Positions 38,839-49,245 are shown, numbered from the stretch's first letter. The stretch is 64,000 bases of DNA from Polyangiaceae bacterium (GCA_965222375.1 CBDCTZ010000014.1:896001-960000); one strand, 5' to 3'. Notes: a model not told the origin generated them from the letters alone. Program-made: numbers and translations.

Positions 38839-40110
38839 TCAGGGCGAGAGGGATTGGAAGATGGACATGAGATCCGTCACGGCCTGCTTGGCGCCGGCTT
38901 GGGTTGGCGCGAAGGAAGCGGAGCTGGGCCAACCGCTGCCGAAGCACCACGACTTCATCGAGACGAAGCACTCGTTGTAGACCGGTGAGTACTGCGCGGC
39001 GAAACCCACAGGGCCGGTGCGGAGCAACCATGACAGACGCAAGCGGTCGTTCGACGTGATAATGGCCTGGCCCAACGCGGTTTGCACGCCGTAGCCGGCG
39101 GTCGGCGCCGCTTCTGCCAAGACTTCGAGCAGCGACAGCTGCGGGTACGCCATCTGTGCGATCTGCTCGGCGGTGTCCACGCTGGTGTACGTCGCTTGCA
39201 CTCCTGAGATGCCAACCTGCCAGGCGTTCTTGGCGTTGGGGCAGATCTCGACGGGGCCGATGTGCTTGTCGGGTGGGATGCTGCAGTTCGAGTAGGCGAG
39301 GGGATTGTTGGTGTCGAGCACGCCTTCTTTGAGAGACCACCAGGCGACGTAGGCGGCCTTGTCGATGCGCTCGGCTTTGGTTCCGGGCAGCTTGGGCACG
39401 ATGTGCTCCGCGATGTAGCGCACCCAAAGCTCCTGCCGTGCGCTGAGCTTCACGCCCCGCACGCTGAGCGCGGCTGGCACCGTGCAGCTGGCGACGGCTT
39501 GCAGCGTGTACTCGGCGTCCTTGGGAAGCGCGGCGGAGAAGCCGTTGGCGATGGCGCCGTCTCCTGTCATGTACAGGCCCAGGTGCCTGCGCTCGGCGGG
39601 GCGGATGCGCACGGCGTCCGCATCGGGTTGGGCTGCGAGCGTCGTGACTTCGAGGCCTGCGGTCGAATGCGCCTGGGTGCCGTCGTAGACTGTCGTGCCC
39701 TGCTCGTCGTGCAAGATCAGCGCGGGCTGCCAATTACCCGCGGTGCGCGTGACGCTGATTTCGAATTCAACATTGGCCGGCGCCATGACCAGATAGTGGT
39801 GCACGCCGTACGGCCCGCTGGCGAAGTCCTCGTTGACCTTCGTGCTGCCGCAGCCGCCGAGAGTCGGCGCCGTCCAGCAAGGCTCCGTCCCGCAAGGATC
39901 ATAGGCCGTGGTCGTCGGCTTCGCATCGCTGGTCGACTCAGCGTCGGGCCACCCGGCGTCAGCGGCAGCCGTACCGCCAGTCCCGCCCCCGGCTCCTGCT
40001 CCGCCGTCCTGGGGTGTGGAGGCCTCGGTGTCGGAACCTCCGCAGCCTGCGCTCAGGGAGATTCCGACGGCGAGGGCCGTCAGTGGAAGCAAGGCGGTGA
40101 TTGCGCGCAC
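38839..40110 (-). CDS. Lipoprotein with PPC-like middle domain and uncharacterised C-terminal domain
   Basis: Lipobox SAGC; WWSLKEG..AWQVGISGVQ C-terminal domain. Confidence 0.72.
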   Translation of the reverse strand: MRAITALLPLTALAVGISLSAGCGGSDTEASTPQDGGAGAGGGTGGTAAADAGWPDAESTSDAKPTTTAYDPCGTEPCWTAPTLGGCGSTKVNEDFASGPYGVHHYLVMAPANVEFEISVTRTAGNWQPALILHDEQGTTVYDGTQAHSTAGLEVTTLAAQPDADAVRIRPAERRHLGLYMTGDGAIANGFSAALPKDAEYTLQAVASCTVPAALSVRGVKLSARQELWVRYIAEHIVPKLPGTKAERIDKAAYVAWWSLKEGVLDTNNPLAYSNCSIPPDKHIGPVEICPNAKNAWQVGISGVQATYTSVDTAEQIAQMAYPQLSLLEVLAEAAPTAGYGVQTALGQAIITSNDRLRLSWLLRTGPVGFAAQYSPVYNECFVSMKSWCFGSGWPSSASFAPTQAGAKQAVTDLMSIFQSLSP

Positions 40111-40221
40111 AGCGAAAAGGGTACGCCGAAGTTTGGGGGAGGACCAGGGGAGGGCGCGGTATGCTCGGCGGCGGTGGATCGGGCAGCTCGTTTTCTGTGT
40201 GCGCTCGTTCGGAGAGCTGCA

Positions 40222-41015
40222 TGATATTCCAGAGGAGTGAAGATCGCCGCCAAGTGGCGATCGCGGCGGCAGAGCAGGCGTTGCCGGGGCTGCAACACCT
40301 CTCGCCCCAGCGAATGGTGGCCGAGGTGGGAGGGAGGCGCGTCGAGCTCACGCTTAGTGACGCGGATTCAGCGAATCGGCTTCTGCAGCTTCGGTTCCCG
40401 CTTGCCGTTCCGATCAAGCTTGGGGTTGAGCAGCGCAGCAACTACGTCCACGTGGGTCCGGTCCCAATCGTCGCGGCCGGGGCTCCCAGACTCGACGCCA
40501 AGCACGTGGTCCCCGGCGTCCCGAACCCGGTCCCGATCGTCATCACCGGGGATCCCGCATTCGATGCCAAGTTCGTGGTCCCCGGCGTCCCGAACGAGGT
40601 CGTCCGGCGAGCGCTCGACGCACCGACGCGCGCGTGGACGCAGCAGTATGGTCAGGTGCATCTGATGCTCCATATCGATGAGTGGGGCGCGCTCTGTTTC
40701 TCGCATTCGGTAACGCTTCCGAAGGAAAACAGTCGTCAGCCCCTCACTCCCGAGCTGATCTCCGATGCGGCTAAGGCGCTCAGCCCCTTCGCGAACAAGC
40801 TCGAGGCCAGCTACCATGCCTGTCGCGCGGAGATCGTCGCCCAGCAGGGCGAGGCCGGCGCGCTCGCGTGGGAAGAGGAGAATGACAAGCTCATCAAAGC
40901 GCGGCCGCTGGGCTGAGTGCGCTGGGCCTTGTTCGGCTGCTTGGCCGTGTTCGTGTTGGCTACTCTGTCAACGACTGCGGCGCTCGTGGTTTGGATGATT
41001 ACGGTTACGCGGTGA
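40222..41015 (+). pseudogene. Paralogue of 22884-23720 with an in-frame TGA (40914-16) before its TM anchor
   Basis: Shared motifs (PLTPELI/PITPELL, SY...G). The frame continues 32 hydrophobic codons past the TGA to a stop at 41013-15. Start uncertain. Confidence 0.6.
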
Positions 41016-41031
41016 GGGCGGGGGTGTTGCT

Positions 41032-41592
41032 TCATTCCGTGCCGACCCAGTGGCCGGTGCAGGTCAGGGCTTTGTGACTCGCGAAGGCGCGCTCTGCCAA
41101 CAGGCGCACTCGGGTCGGCGGGTGATCGAGCCACAAGCGGTGGGGTTGCTTTTGATCGGCGTCTCGGGAGCCCGGACCGAAACTGAGGGACATGGGGGTG
41201 GAGATCGTCTTGGTGGCTCCCGGCTTGAGGAGTAGTTCGCGGGGCATCACGGGCGAGTCCGTGGCGGGGATCCGGAGTGTGACGGGCTTGCCGTCGACCC
41301 AGGCTTTCAGCGCGAAACCAATCGGGTGGAAGTAGCGCAGGCGCACCGGTGTCTTGTCGGCGTTGGTCAGGGCGAGGGACACGCCGTAGCGATTGCCGGT
41401 GCTCGACGACACTTGGAGCACGCAGGTGAGACCCGACGACGGTGGGCCCGGCGCGGCGACGCTCTGCGCGGGCGCTGCGCTGCTGACCGAGCGCGCTGGC
41501 GGGGCGTCGCTGCGCGTCGCATCCGGCCCCTTGCAGTGGAGCGCAAGAGTGAGGATGCTCGCGAGCAGCAGGAGGCGCTGGGTTGAAGGCAC
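41032..41592 (-). CDS. Hypothetical lipoprotein (Ig-like beta sandwich)
   Basis: LTLALHC signal; LALTNADKTPV..LKPGATK. Confidence 0.65.
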   Translation of the reverse strand: MPSTQRLLLLASILTLALHCKGPDATRSDAPPARSVSSAAPAQSVAAPGPPSSGLTCVLQVSSSTGNRYGVSLALTNADKTPVRLRYFHPIGFALKAWVDGKPVTLRIPATDSPVMPRELLLKPGATKTISTPMSLSFGPGSRDADQKQPHRLWLDHPPTRVRLLAERAFASHKALTCTGHWVGTE

Positions 41593-42482
41593 GCGACTCG
41601 GAAGCTAGCACGGTCATGAATCCGCAGAGCCGCGACGTGACGTGGAGGCGCACCGAGCGTCGGCTCGGCCCGCGGCGAGCTGCCTGGGTGATGGGTGTGC
41701 AGTGCGGATGCGTTGGTGCGCTTGTCATCTCCGTGCTGGGGTGTGCGGGTTCGCCGCCGCGCGCCGCGCCAGAGCGGTCGTCAGCTGCGGCGCGCGAAGT
41801 TCCGGTGGCGCAGGCGCGTGAGCACGACGCGTCGACGCGCGGGGACGACTCAAGCGTGGATGCGGGGCCACCGGTGCGCGCGGTGGACAGCGAGACGGCG
41901 CCCGGCTCCAAGCGGACTGGCCTATGCCGAGGGGACGTGATCAATCTCGACGAGGTGGCCGGGTTTTGCGTGACTAGATTGCCCGAAGGCAAAGTTCCGA
42001 CGGGGTCGAACAAAGCCCTTGCGATCAGCGTGCGTGCGGTTGAGCCCACGGTCGAGACGGGGGAGCGCCTGAAGCTGCATGCCGAGCTGGAAAACCAGAG
42101 CGACGAGACTCAGACGGTCTATTTCCACGTCCCGCGCCTCGACCCAGATTCTCACGGCACGGACGGTTTCGATATCGCCGCCTACGACGCCAAGGGCAGA
42201 ACCGTGGACGTGCCGTCGGACATTGGTCTGCTCGGCCTGCTCCGTGGCCGTGGGGGCAAGGTGTTCGTTCGGCTGGTGGTCGCGCCAAGGGGAAAGATCG
42301 TCGCGACGACCGAGTGGAAGGCCCGCGGGTTCTGGCCGGACCGCAAGTACGCCACCCGAGGCTCGAGCATCATGGAGCCGGAACTGCTGCAACCCGGCAA
42401 GTACACGCTGAAAGTGCGGACGCCGCTGCGTGGCAGGGGAGCGGTTCCGCTCTCGGTGGTGACCGTGCGCGTGACGCCGTGA
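41583..42482 (+). CDS. Hypothetical lipoprotein (true start likely near 41690)
   Basis: ISVLGC lipobox; LENQSD..LQPGKYTL Ig-like domain. Confidence 0.6.
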   Translation: MKARDSEASTVMNPQSRDVTWRRTERRLGPRRAAWVMGVQCGCVGALVISVLGCAGSPPRAAPERSSAAAREVPVAQAREHDASTRGDDSSVDAGPPVRAVDSETAPGSKRTGLCRGDVINLDEVAGFCVTRLPEGKVPTGSNKALAISVRAVEPTVETGERLKLHAELENQSDETQTVYFHVPRLDPDSHGTDGFDIAAYDAKGRTVDVPSDIGLLGLLRGRGGKVFVRLVVAPRGKIVATTEWKARGFWPDRKYATRGSSIMEPELLQPGKYTLKVRTPLRGRGAVPLSVVTVRVTP

Positions 42483-42574
42483 ATTGAGGGGGGGGGTGAT
42501 GCCGTGCTCGACGCCCGCATCGGGTCGGGAGCATTGGTTCACGCAAGCGTCGCTGCTTGCCGTGAACGCACGGA

Positions 42575-43059
42575 GATATGCGCCGCAGAGGGACAGACGT
42601 TCACCGGGTCTTGCACGGATACGCATTGTTATTGCAAGTGACGGCAGACGGGCTTGAGCGCGTCTCAGTGACGGGTCGGGATTCGTGGGGGGCGGGGCTG
42701 ATAGAGGGACGATGCGGTCCGTGCTGCGGACAAATCTTCCCGAGGCGGGTGCTGAGAAAGTATTTGGGCGCAAGTTCATTGAGGGCAGAATTCGCCTTCG
42801 CCAGCGAATGTTGGGCGGTGGCGCGGCGCGGACGGCTGACGCAGTCGTTCAAGAAGGTTCAGTTGGAGCCAGTTTGGAACACGCGGGCCAGGTGGAGATG
42901 GAATCCATGCTTCTGAGCGCACTGGCCAACATGGGGTTTCGGCGCGGGGAGTCGAAGAAGGCTGTGGCTGGGCTTGCGTGGCGGGCTGGCGATCGGGTTG
43001 AAGGCACTGCGCGCTTTGTGCTGTTGCTGCGCCCGGCGTTGTCGGTGTTGGTGCGGTAG
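42575..43059 (+). pseudogene. Degenerate HNH endonuclease-associated remnant with RuvA-C-like tail
   Basis: AEKVFGRKFIEGRI and LLSALANMGFRRGESKKAV..LLRPALSVL resemble the C-terminus of myxobacterial repeat HNH proteins; upstream region is frameshifted. Confidence 0.45.
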
Positions 43060-43198
43060 CGCAACTCCCGGGTGGCTGGGCGGCTGAGTCGTGCGGAAAC
43101 GCGTCCCCAACGACGCGATTACCTCGCGATTACAATTGGAGACGAGGCCCGCGCGTGGGTGGGCACGCACGTTGTCGTCCGTTACGCTTGGGGCGCTG

Positions 43199-43630
43199 AT
43201 GAGCTTGCAGGATCCCAATTTGGCTGAGGGATTGCGCGACAAGCATGTGCGCGTTCTTTCGGTGCTGATGCATGTGCTTTCGGCGCCGTTGATTTTAATG
43301 CTGTTGCTTGCGCCGGTGGCGGCGCTGCGGGCGGCTGTTGAAGGGGTGCGCGAGGGGGAAGAGATCATGGTTGCCGTGATGATGGTGTTCAGCTTTGGGT
43401 TGGGCATTTACGGCGTGGCGATGCTGTTCGTGGCGAGGGGACTGTGGGATGCGCGGCGGTGGGCTGGGTTTTGGGGGGTGGCTATCAGTTCGAGCTGGTT
43501 GCCGTTGGGGTTGTTGCCCTTTGCGGTGTACGGATTGTTCGCGCTGTTGCGGAAGCGCGTCGTCGCGTCTTGGTCGCCCCGGCGCTCGCCACAGCTCGGG
43601 GCTCAGTTGCCGGTGCAGCAAGGATTGTGA
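43199..43630 (+). CDS. Small integral membrane protein
   Basis: Three to four hydrophobic segments. Confidence 0.6.
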   Translation: MSLQDPNLAEGLRDKHVRVLSVLMHVLSAPLILMLLLAPVAALRAAVEGVREGEEIMVAVMMVFSFGLGIYGVAMLFVARGLWDARRWAGFWGVAISSSWLPLGLLPFAVYGLFALLRKRVVASWSPRRSPQLGAQLPVQQGL

Positions 43631-43819
43631 ACACGGCGCTCAGCAGGCAGATGTCTGCTCGCGTTACGAAATGCACGGACGTGTTCGGCGAAGCTGTCGG
43701 TGGGGCTTGTCGCAACTCGGCGGCGCCAACGGGTGGTGGCAGTTGGCGCGGAAACCAGCGCGAAAGGAGCTACCCTCGTGCGCGGGTTTCCGTGGTCTGC
43801 ATCTTGCCTCGTGGGCGCC

Positions 43820-45643
43820 ATGGCCAAACTGCTTCTGCATGGTGTGCTTCGAGGGCTCCGGGGCATTGGGGTCGTTGCAGCCATAGCGACAACCGTGGGC
43901 TGCAGCGACGATTCGTCCGGTGGTGGCTCGAGCGCCGGCGGCTCGGGTGGTGGCGCATCCGGGAGTGGCGGCAGCGCGGGTGGAGGCAGCGGCGGCACGG
44001 CGGGTGCCGGTGGCAATCCGGGGTGCAACGCCGCGGTCGCGGTGCCGAGCCCGCACATCAAGAAGCTCGACCTCGAGGTGAACCTCGAACGCTACGCAGA
44101 GCAAAAGTACACCATTAGGCAGCAGGTCGTACTCACTTCGGACACCGCGGGCGATGCGGTAACGCTGTTCGGCACCGGCCTCTCGCTCGGCAAGGCGAGC
44201 CACGGATACACATACAACGGCCAGCGCGCGACGTTCTGCGTGGAGCCATTTTCAGCAGGCCAGGACATCGCCCTCGACATCACCTACGAGGTGGATGTTA
44301 CCGCCCAAGGGCTTCCGGCGGAGAACATCTACGGCATCCAGCATTGGACCGGCCCAGCGAACGAAACCGTCGTCGGCGCCTACTCGCCGCCCTACTTCAG
44401 TCCTCTTTGGTTGTTGGCGCCGCAAACGCCGCCATGGATTGATGCCGCCCACGACCACAACGCCACCGTCGACGCCGTCGAGCTCGACGCGATAGTTCCC
44501 GACAGCTCGTGGACTGTCGTCGGCCCGGGTGCGGCCACGGTCTCCGATCGAAGCTGGCAGTTTTCGGTCAGCGGGCGCATGCCGCTGTTCACGTTGGGCT
44601 TCGCGGCGTCACCGCACTACACGAAAGTGGAGCCGAGTGCCGTATCGTCGAAGCCTGAGATCTTCGCGCACGTGCTCCCCGCGTCCGCCAGCAAGGCCGT
44701 TGGCAACCTGAACGCGGCGCGCCAGGCAGTCGATTGGATGGGGACCAACGTGGCGCCGTTCCCGTGGTCGACTTCGCTCACGTACGCGGAAGTTCCCCGC
44801 TACCCCGGTGGCTTCGAGCACACCTCCGCGGTTTGGATGGGGACCATTGGCTGGGGCGGTCCCGGCGGCGACTACACGGCGATTCACGAAGCGGTGCATC
44901 ACTGGTGGGGCAACGCGGTCGTAATCGCGGACTGGCCCCACTTCTGGCTGTCCGAGGGTTTTGCCGACTGGACGACCGTTTTCGAGATCCTCGAAACCGT
45001 GAACCCGACCGACGCAAAGGCGCGTCAGCACAAGTTCCGCGCCGACGCCGCAACCCTCTCCTACCCGAACAAGGGACCACTCCGCTTCGCCGACGCCGGC
45101 GACTTCGCCCAGCAGCTGGGTAACAACGGGCTGTTCTTCTACCGCTACGGCGCGTCCTTCCTGGAGATGGTGGATCAGCGCTTGCAGCGCGATCACAACA
45201 CCAAACTGATCACGCTGCTCGCGAAGTGGTTTTCACAGAAGCGCGGCGCGCTCGTCACTACCGAAGAGTTCCGGGACTTCCTGATCGCACAAACCGGCGC
45301 GTCGGCGGTCTGGACTACGCTGTTCGACGACTGGGTGTTCAAAACCCCCTGCCCCACACTCGAACTCAGCGACTACCAAGACAGCGGCACCGAGGTGACG
45401 ATGAAGGTGCGGCGTACCGGTGGCGCGAACCAGAGTCTCATGGGAGTGCAAATCGTCGCCGCCACCAACCCACCGGTCTCCACCTCGGTATCGCTGCCGG
45501 CGGGTACCACCGAGACGGTGGCGACCCTTGCCACGACCAACGTCACGTCCGCGATCGCCGTCGACCCCAAGGGCTTCTACATTCTGCGGTTGAACACCGC
45601 ATCGGGCTGGGCGGGACCGGCCGTCACCCACGCGCTGCCCTAA
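43820..45643 (+). CDS. M1-family metalloaminopeptidase lipoprotein
   Basis: GGFEH (GAMEN-like), HEAVHHWWG..WLSEGFA and YRYGA; lipobox TVGC. Confidence 0.88.
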   Translation: MAKLLLHGVLRGLRGIGVVAAIATTVGCSDDSSGGGSSAGGSGGGASGSGGSAGGGSGGTAGAGGNPGCNAAVAVPSPHIKKLDLEVNLERYAEQKYTIRQQVVLTSDTAGDAVTLFGTGLSLGKASHGYTYNGQRATFCVEPFSAGQDIALDITYEVDVTAQGLPAENIYGIQHWTGPANETVVGAYSPPYFSPLWLLAPQTPPWIDAAHDHNATVDAVELDAIVPDSSWTVVGPGAATVSDRSWQFSVSGRMPLFTLGFAASPHYTKVEPSAVSSKPEIFAHVLPASASKAVGNLNAARQAVDWMGTNVAPFPWSTSLTYAEVPRYPGGFEHTSAVWMGTIGWGGPGGDYTAIHEAVHHWWGNAVVIADWPHFWLSEGFADWTTVFEILETVNPTDAKARQHKFRADAATLSYPNKGPLRFADAGDFAQQLGNNGLFFYRYGASFLEMVDQRLQRDHNTKLITLLAKWFSQKRGALVTTEEFRDFLIAQTGASAVWTTLFDDWVFKTPCPTLELSDYQDSGTEVTMKVRRTGGANQSLMGVQIVAATNPPVSTSVSLPAGTTETVATLATTNVTSAIAVDPKGFYILRLNTASGWAGPAVTHALP

Positions 45644-45918
45644 TGCCGGGTTTGCAGAGCGGAGGATTTCAAGCCTCGGCGTTCGCCCGCGCTTGGGGGC
45701 GAGGCCGCCGGGTGATGAGCGCAAAAGTGCCGACAGTTGGTCAAGCATCATCGGTCGTCGAATTGGGCTGATTTGAGGAGCGAAGCAACCTGACATGCGC
45801 CAAATCACGTCGGCGTTTCTACGAGGCCGGAAAATCGGGTATTGGGGAACGACGTCTAGCTGGGCGGTCTGCGCAGATGCGTGGGTCGACTCCGCTGACA
45901 GCAAGACAGGAGCCGCAA

Positions 45919-46332
45919 ATGCCAGCCATCACTTGGGGGCCAAAACTCGAGGTAGGAATCGAGAACATCGACAAGCAGCACCGGCGTTGGGTCGAGCTGT
46001 TCAATGAACTCGATGAAGCTGTGCAAGCGGGTCAGGAGCAAAAAGCCCTGGGTGACGCGTTGGAAGCCTACATCGAGTATTCGAGCTACCACTTCAAGAC
46101 GGAAGAAGCGCTGATGCGCCAAGCTGGCCTCGACGAAGAGGAGTTCGACTTTCATCGTCGTGAGCACAAGGTCTTCCGGGATCAAATCGCCATCTACAAG
46201 GACCGCCATGACGCGGGCTTCTTGAAAGTGACCCCGCAGGTGACGTCCTACCTGCGCGAATGGCTCTTGGCCCACGTGACCGGGACCGACCGCGGCTACA
46301 TCGAGCCGATCAAAGAAGCCGGCATCGCCTGA
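45919..46332 (+). CDS. Bacteriohemerythrin
   Basis: W....VGI..ID.QH, HF..EE..M, H..EH and WL..HV...D; SD AGGAG. Confidence 0.93.
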   Translation: MPAITWGPKLEVGIENIDKQHRRWVELFNELDEAVQAGQEQKALGDALEAYIEYSSYHFKTEEALMRQAGLDEEEFDFHRREHKVFRDQIAIYKDRHDAGFLKVTPQVTSYLREWLLAHVTGTDRGYIEPIKEAGIA

Positions 46333-46392
46333 GCGAGCGCCGCCAGCCCCGTTGCTTTTGGACGGGCAGTCGAAATTGCGTATGGTGTTGGG

Positions 46393-47817
46393 GTGCAGCG
46401 TGACGTCTGTGTGCTGAGCTTTGCTGATGTCAGCGAGAGCACTGCCGCCCGGGTCAGTCAGCTGTTCGGCATGCAGGTCATCGATGCTCGGCGGCTGCTG
46501 CGAAATACGCCAGCGGTCTTGGCGCGGAACGCATCCGTGGAGCAGGCAACAGCGCTGGAGCGCGAACTGCGAGCGCTAGGCGCGGAGGTCGTCGTTCAGG
46601 CCAGCGCTTCGGCGGCCGCCGCGGGTAGCTCCGCTGCGCCGCCTCAAGCCGGCGCCCACCAGCCAGCGCAGCCTGCCGCGCCCCAACAGCCCGGTGCACC
46701 GCCAGCGCAATCGGCGGCCCCGCAACAACCCGCCGGTCCGCCGGCTCATTCGGCGCCGCCGCGCCAGGGTGCGGGGGGCAGTGGGATCGAACTTGGCTCG
46801 GTAGCTCCACCGGCCCAACCTGTTGCGCCCCAGCCCGCCCCCGGTGGAAGCGGGATCGAACTTGGCTCCGTGCCCCCACCTGGTTACGCACCCTCCGCGA
46901 GCGGCGCGCCACCTGGTTACGCGCCATCCGCGAGCGGCGCGCCACCTGGTTACGCGCAATCTGCGAGTGGCGCGCCACCGGCACAGGGAGGTTCGCAGGC
47001 GCCGCGTTGGGAGCCGCCCCCGGGGCACGCGTCGGCGCCCCCTGTGGTGCCCGGGCTGGACGCTCCGCCGCCTGGGCCACCGGCTGCCTTGCCGCCGCCG
47101 CCGACGCAGGTTGGAGTGTCGCGTCGGGTCATGGTGCTCGGGGGTGGCGCGCTGCTCTTGGGGGGCGCGTATTTGTGGTGGCGCCCGACGAAGATTGGTG
47201 GGCTCTCGGTCGCGAAGTTGGGCACGGGGGGCGATGGGGCGCCGACGTTGATCTTGCTGCACGGTTTTGGGGCCCCCGGCGATGACTTGGTTCCGCTAGG
47301 CGAGGAAATCCTCGAGTACGAGGTCGCAGCTGGCGCGCGGGTCTTGGTGCCCGAGGGCATCACCCGCGTGGGGCTCGGCAAGGCTTGGTACAACTCTCGC
47401 GGTGATCTCGCGGAGGCTCGTGAGCGCCTAAGCGACATGCTCAAGGAGCTGATCGAAGACGGAACGCTGCCAGAACGCATCATGCTGGCGGGTTTTTCCC
47501 AGGGCGGCCTGATGGCCATGGATATCGGGCTCAGCTTTCGCCCGCGGATCTATGGCGTGGCAATGCTGTCGGGTGGGCGGATCCGAGGCACGGATTGGAC
47601 GGAGCAGCTCAACGCCGCGGAGACGACGCGGTTTTTGATCACCCATGGCCGCAGCGACGGCGTGATGCCCTTTCGTGCGGCGCAGGATATCGCCAACGAG
47701 TTGGAACAAGCCAAGGCCGAGGTGAAACTGATCCCCTTCAAGGGCAGGCATCGCATTCCACCCGCAGTGCGAGAAGAAGTGGCGCGGTTCCTCGGCGAGA
47801 TGGCCGGCAAGGTCTGA
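46393..47817 (+). CDS. Membrane-anchored phospholipase/carboxylesterase with L7/L12-like N-terminus and Pro-rich linker
   Basis: LLHGFGA, GFSQGG, HGRSD..P and GRH triad motifs after a TM helix. Confidence 0.85.
   Translation: MQRDVCVLSFADVSESTAARVSQLFGMQVIDARRLLRNTPAVLARNASVEQATALERELRALGAEVVVQASASAAAAGSSAAPPQAGAHQPAQPAAPQQPGAPPAQSAAPQQPAGPPAHSAPPRQGAGGSGIELGSVAPPAQPVAPQPAPGGSGIELGSVPPPGYAPSASGAPPGYAPSASGAPPGYAQSASGAPPAQGGSQAPRWEPPPGHASAPPVVPGLDAPPPGPPAALPPPPTQVGVSRRVMVLGGGALLLGGAYLWWRPTKIGGLSVAKLGTGGDGAPTLILLHGFGAPGDDLVPLGEEILEYEVAAGARVLVPEGITRVGLGKAWYNSRGDLAEARERLSDMLKELIEDGTLPERIMLAGFSQGGLMAMDIGLSFRPRIYGVAMLSGGRIRGTDWTEQLNAAETTRFLITHGRSDGVMPFRAAQDIANELEQAKAEVKLIPFKGRHRIPPAVREEVARFLGEMAGKV
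46876..46974 (+). repeat. 33-bp coding tandem repeat (PPGYAPSASGA, three copies)
   Basis: CCACCTGGTTACGC...GGCGCG units visible directly. Confidence 0.8.
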
Positions 47818-48163
47818 CGCGAGCTGCGGAGGGCCGGCTGGCAGGGGCGTCTCGAGCAAGGTGAGCGAGAGTTTGCATTCAAACTCTCAGAGACATGGCC
47901 GGCACGGCTTGAACTCCGACCGGGTGGGCCACGGAGATGTGATGGGGTGGCTCGTGACCTGGTAGGTAGCCGCCGAGGCGTCTTTCGGATGCGGAGGGCT
48001 GCCATGGTGGCCGTTCTGCATACGGTGTTCGCTTGGGCGCCGGACGCGCGAGCGATGGCTTTGCGCGAGGCGACAGTGGCTGTCTCCTCATTAACGAGGT
48101 CACCGGAAACCGGGCCTCAATCAACAGACGCGCTCAAAGGCGCAGTGATTAGAGGAGACAGCC

Positions 48164-49192
48164 ATGGAGCATATTGGAGTCGATCTGGGTGGAAAACAAT
48201 CGCAGGTGTGTGTGCGGGCCGCGGACGAAGGAATTCTGCTGGAGAAGAGGATCGCGACCAGCAGTTTGATGTGCTTCTTTCAGCACCAGCCCAAGAGCCG
48301 AATTGTACTGGAAACGTGTTCGGAAGCATTCCGAGTCGCCGACTGGGCTCTGGAATGTGGACACGAGGTGCGTGTGGTCCCAGCAACGTTGGTGCGCAGT
48401 TTGGGGGTCGGGGCTCGAGGCATCAAGACCGACCGGCGCGATGCGCAGGTCCTCAGCGAAGTCTCGTGCCGTATCGACTTGCCATCGGTGCACATCCCGG
48501 CGGAGCAGGCTCGCGACAGACGCACGATGTGCGCAATGCGCGAGCAACTGCTTGGTGCACGCACGGCATTGGCAAATGCAGTGCAAGGCTGGAGGCGTAC
48601 GCAACTGTTGAAAATGTGCTCCGGCGAGCCCACGACCTTGCCCACACGCCTCCGCGCTGCAGCCCTCGCTCATCCCGATGGATTGCCGCAGCACGTCGAG
48701 CGTCTTTTGCAGGCCATCGAAGCTCTCAACGTGCAGATCAAGGAAGCCAACGAGGAGCTCAGGGCCCTGGCGAAGAAGGACCCAGTCTGTCAGCGTCTCA
48801 TGACGGTGCCCGGTATCGGTCCGGCAACCAGCATGCGCTTTGTGGCAGCACTCGACGACAGGACACGTTTTCCGAGCGCTCACTCTGTCGAAGCCTTTCT
48901 TGGGCTGACTCCGGGCGAGAAATCCAGCGGCGATCGTCAGCAACGGCTCGGGATCACCAAGGCCGGACCGGCGATGGTGCGCACCAACTTGGTGCAGGCG
49001 GCGTGGACCTTTCGGCGTACACGGCCCAACGACCCAATGTCCAAGTGGGCAGAGCAAATCGAGCAACGCCGTGGCAAATTCATCGCTACCGTGGCGTTGG
49101 CCCGCAAACTAGCTGGCGTGCTCTTCGCGTTGTGGCGCGACGGCTCTGTATACGAGCTCAACCATCGAAAGGCAGCGCAAACCGTGGCGTAG
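48164..49192 (+). CDS. IS110-family DEDD recombinase/transposase
   Basis: GVDLG, LETC and KTDRRDA (DEDD RuvC-like), TVPGIG, GLTPGEKSSG (catalytic Ser region) and VALARKLA. Confidence 0.95.
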   Translation: MEHIGVDLGGKQSQVCVRAADEGILLEKRIATSSLMCFFQHQPKSRIVLETCSEAFRVADWALECGHEVRVVPATLVRSLGVGARGIKTDRRDAQVLSEVSCRIDLPSVHIPAEQARDRRTMCAMREQLLGARTALANAVQGWRRTQLLKMCSGEPTTLPTRLRAAALAHPDGLPQHVERLLQAIEALNVQIKEANEELRALAKKDPVCQRLMTVPGIGPATSMRFVAALDDRTRFPSAHSVEAFLGLTPGEKSSGDRQQRLGITKAGPAMVRTNLVQAAWTFRRTRPNDPMSKWAEQIEQRRGKFIATVALARKLAGVLFALWRDGSVYELNHRKAAQTVA

Positions 49193-49245
49193 AAAACCTC
49201 CAGACTCCGGCAGCCCACAAGGTTGACCTGAGAAAGCCAATCAAC

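Noticed and set aside
40914..40916. Selenocysteine or alternative genetic code at the in-frame TGA
   Set aside because: Not a redox-motif position, no SECIS-like hairpin recognised, and TGA is a normal stop in many genes here.
48069..48077. Alternative IS110 left end at GGCGA/CAGTGG
   Set aside because: Only a 5-nt guide match and no sub-terminal IR; the 47936-51 site gives a 7/8 match plus a symmetric 10-bp IR.
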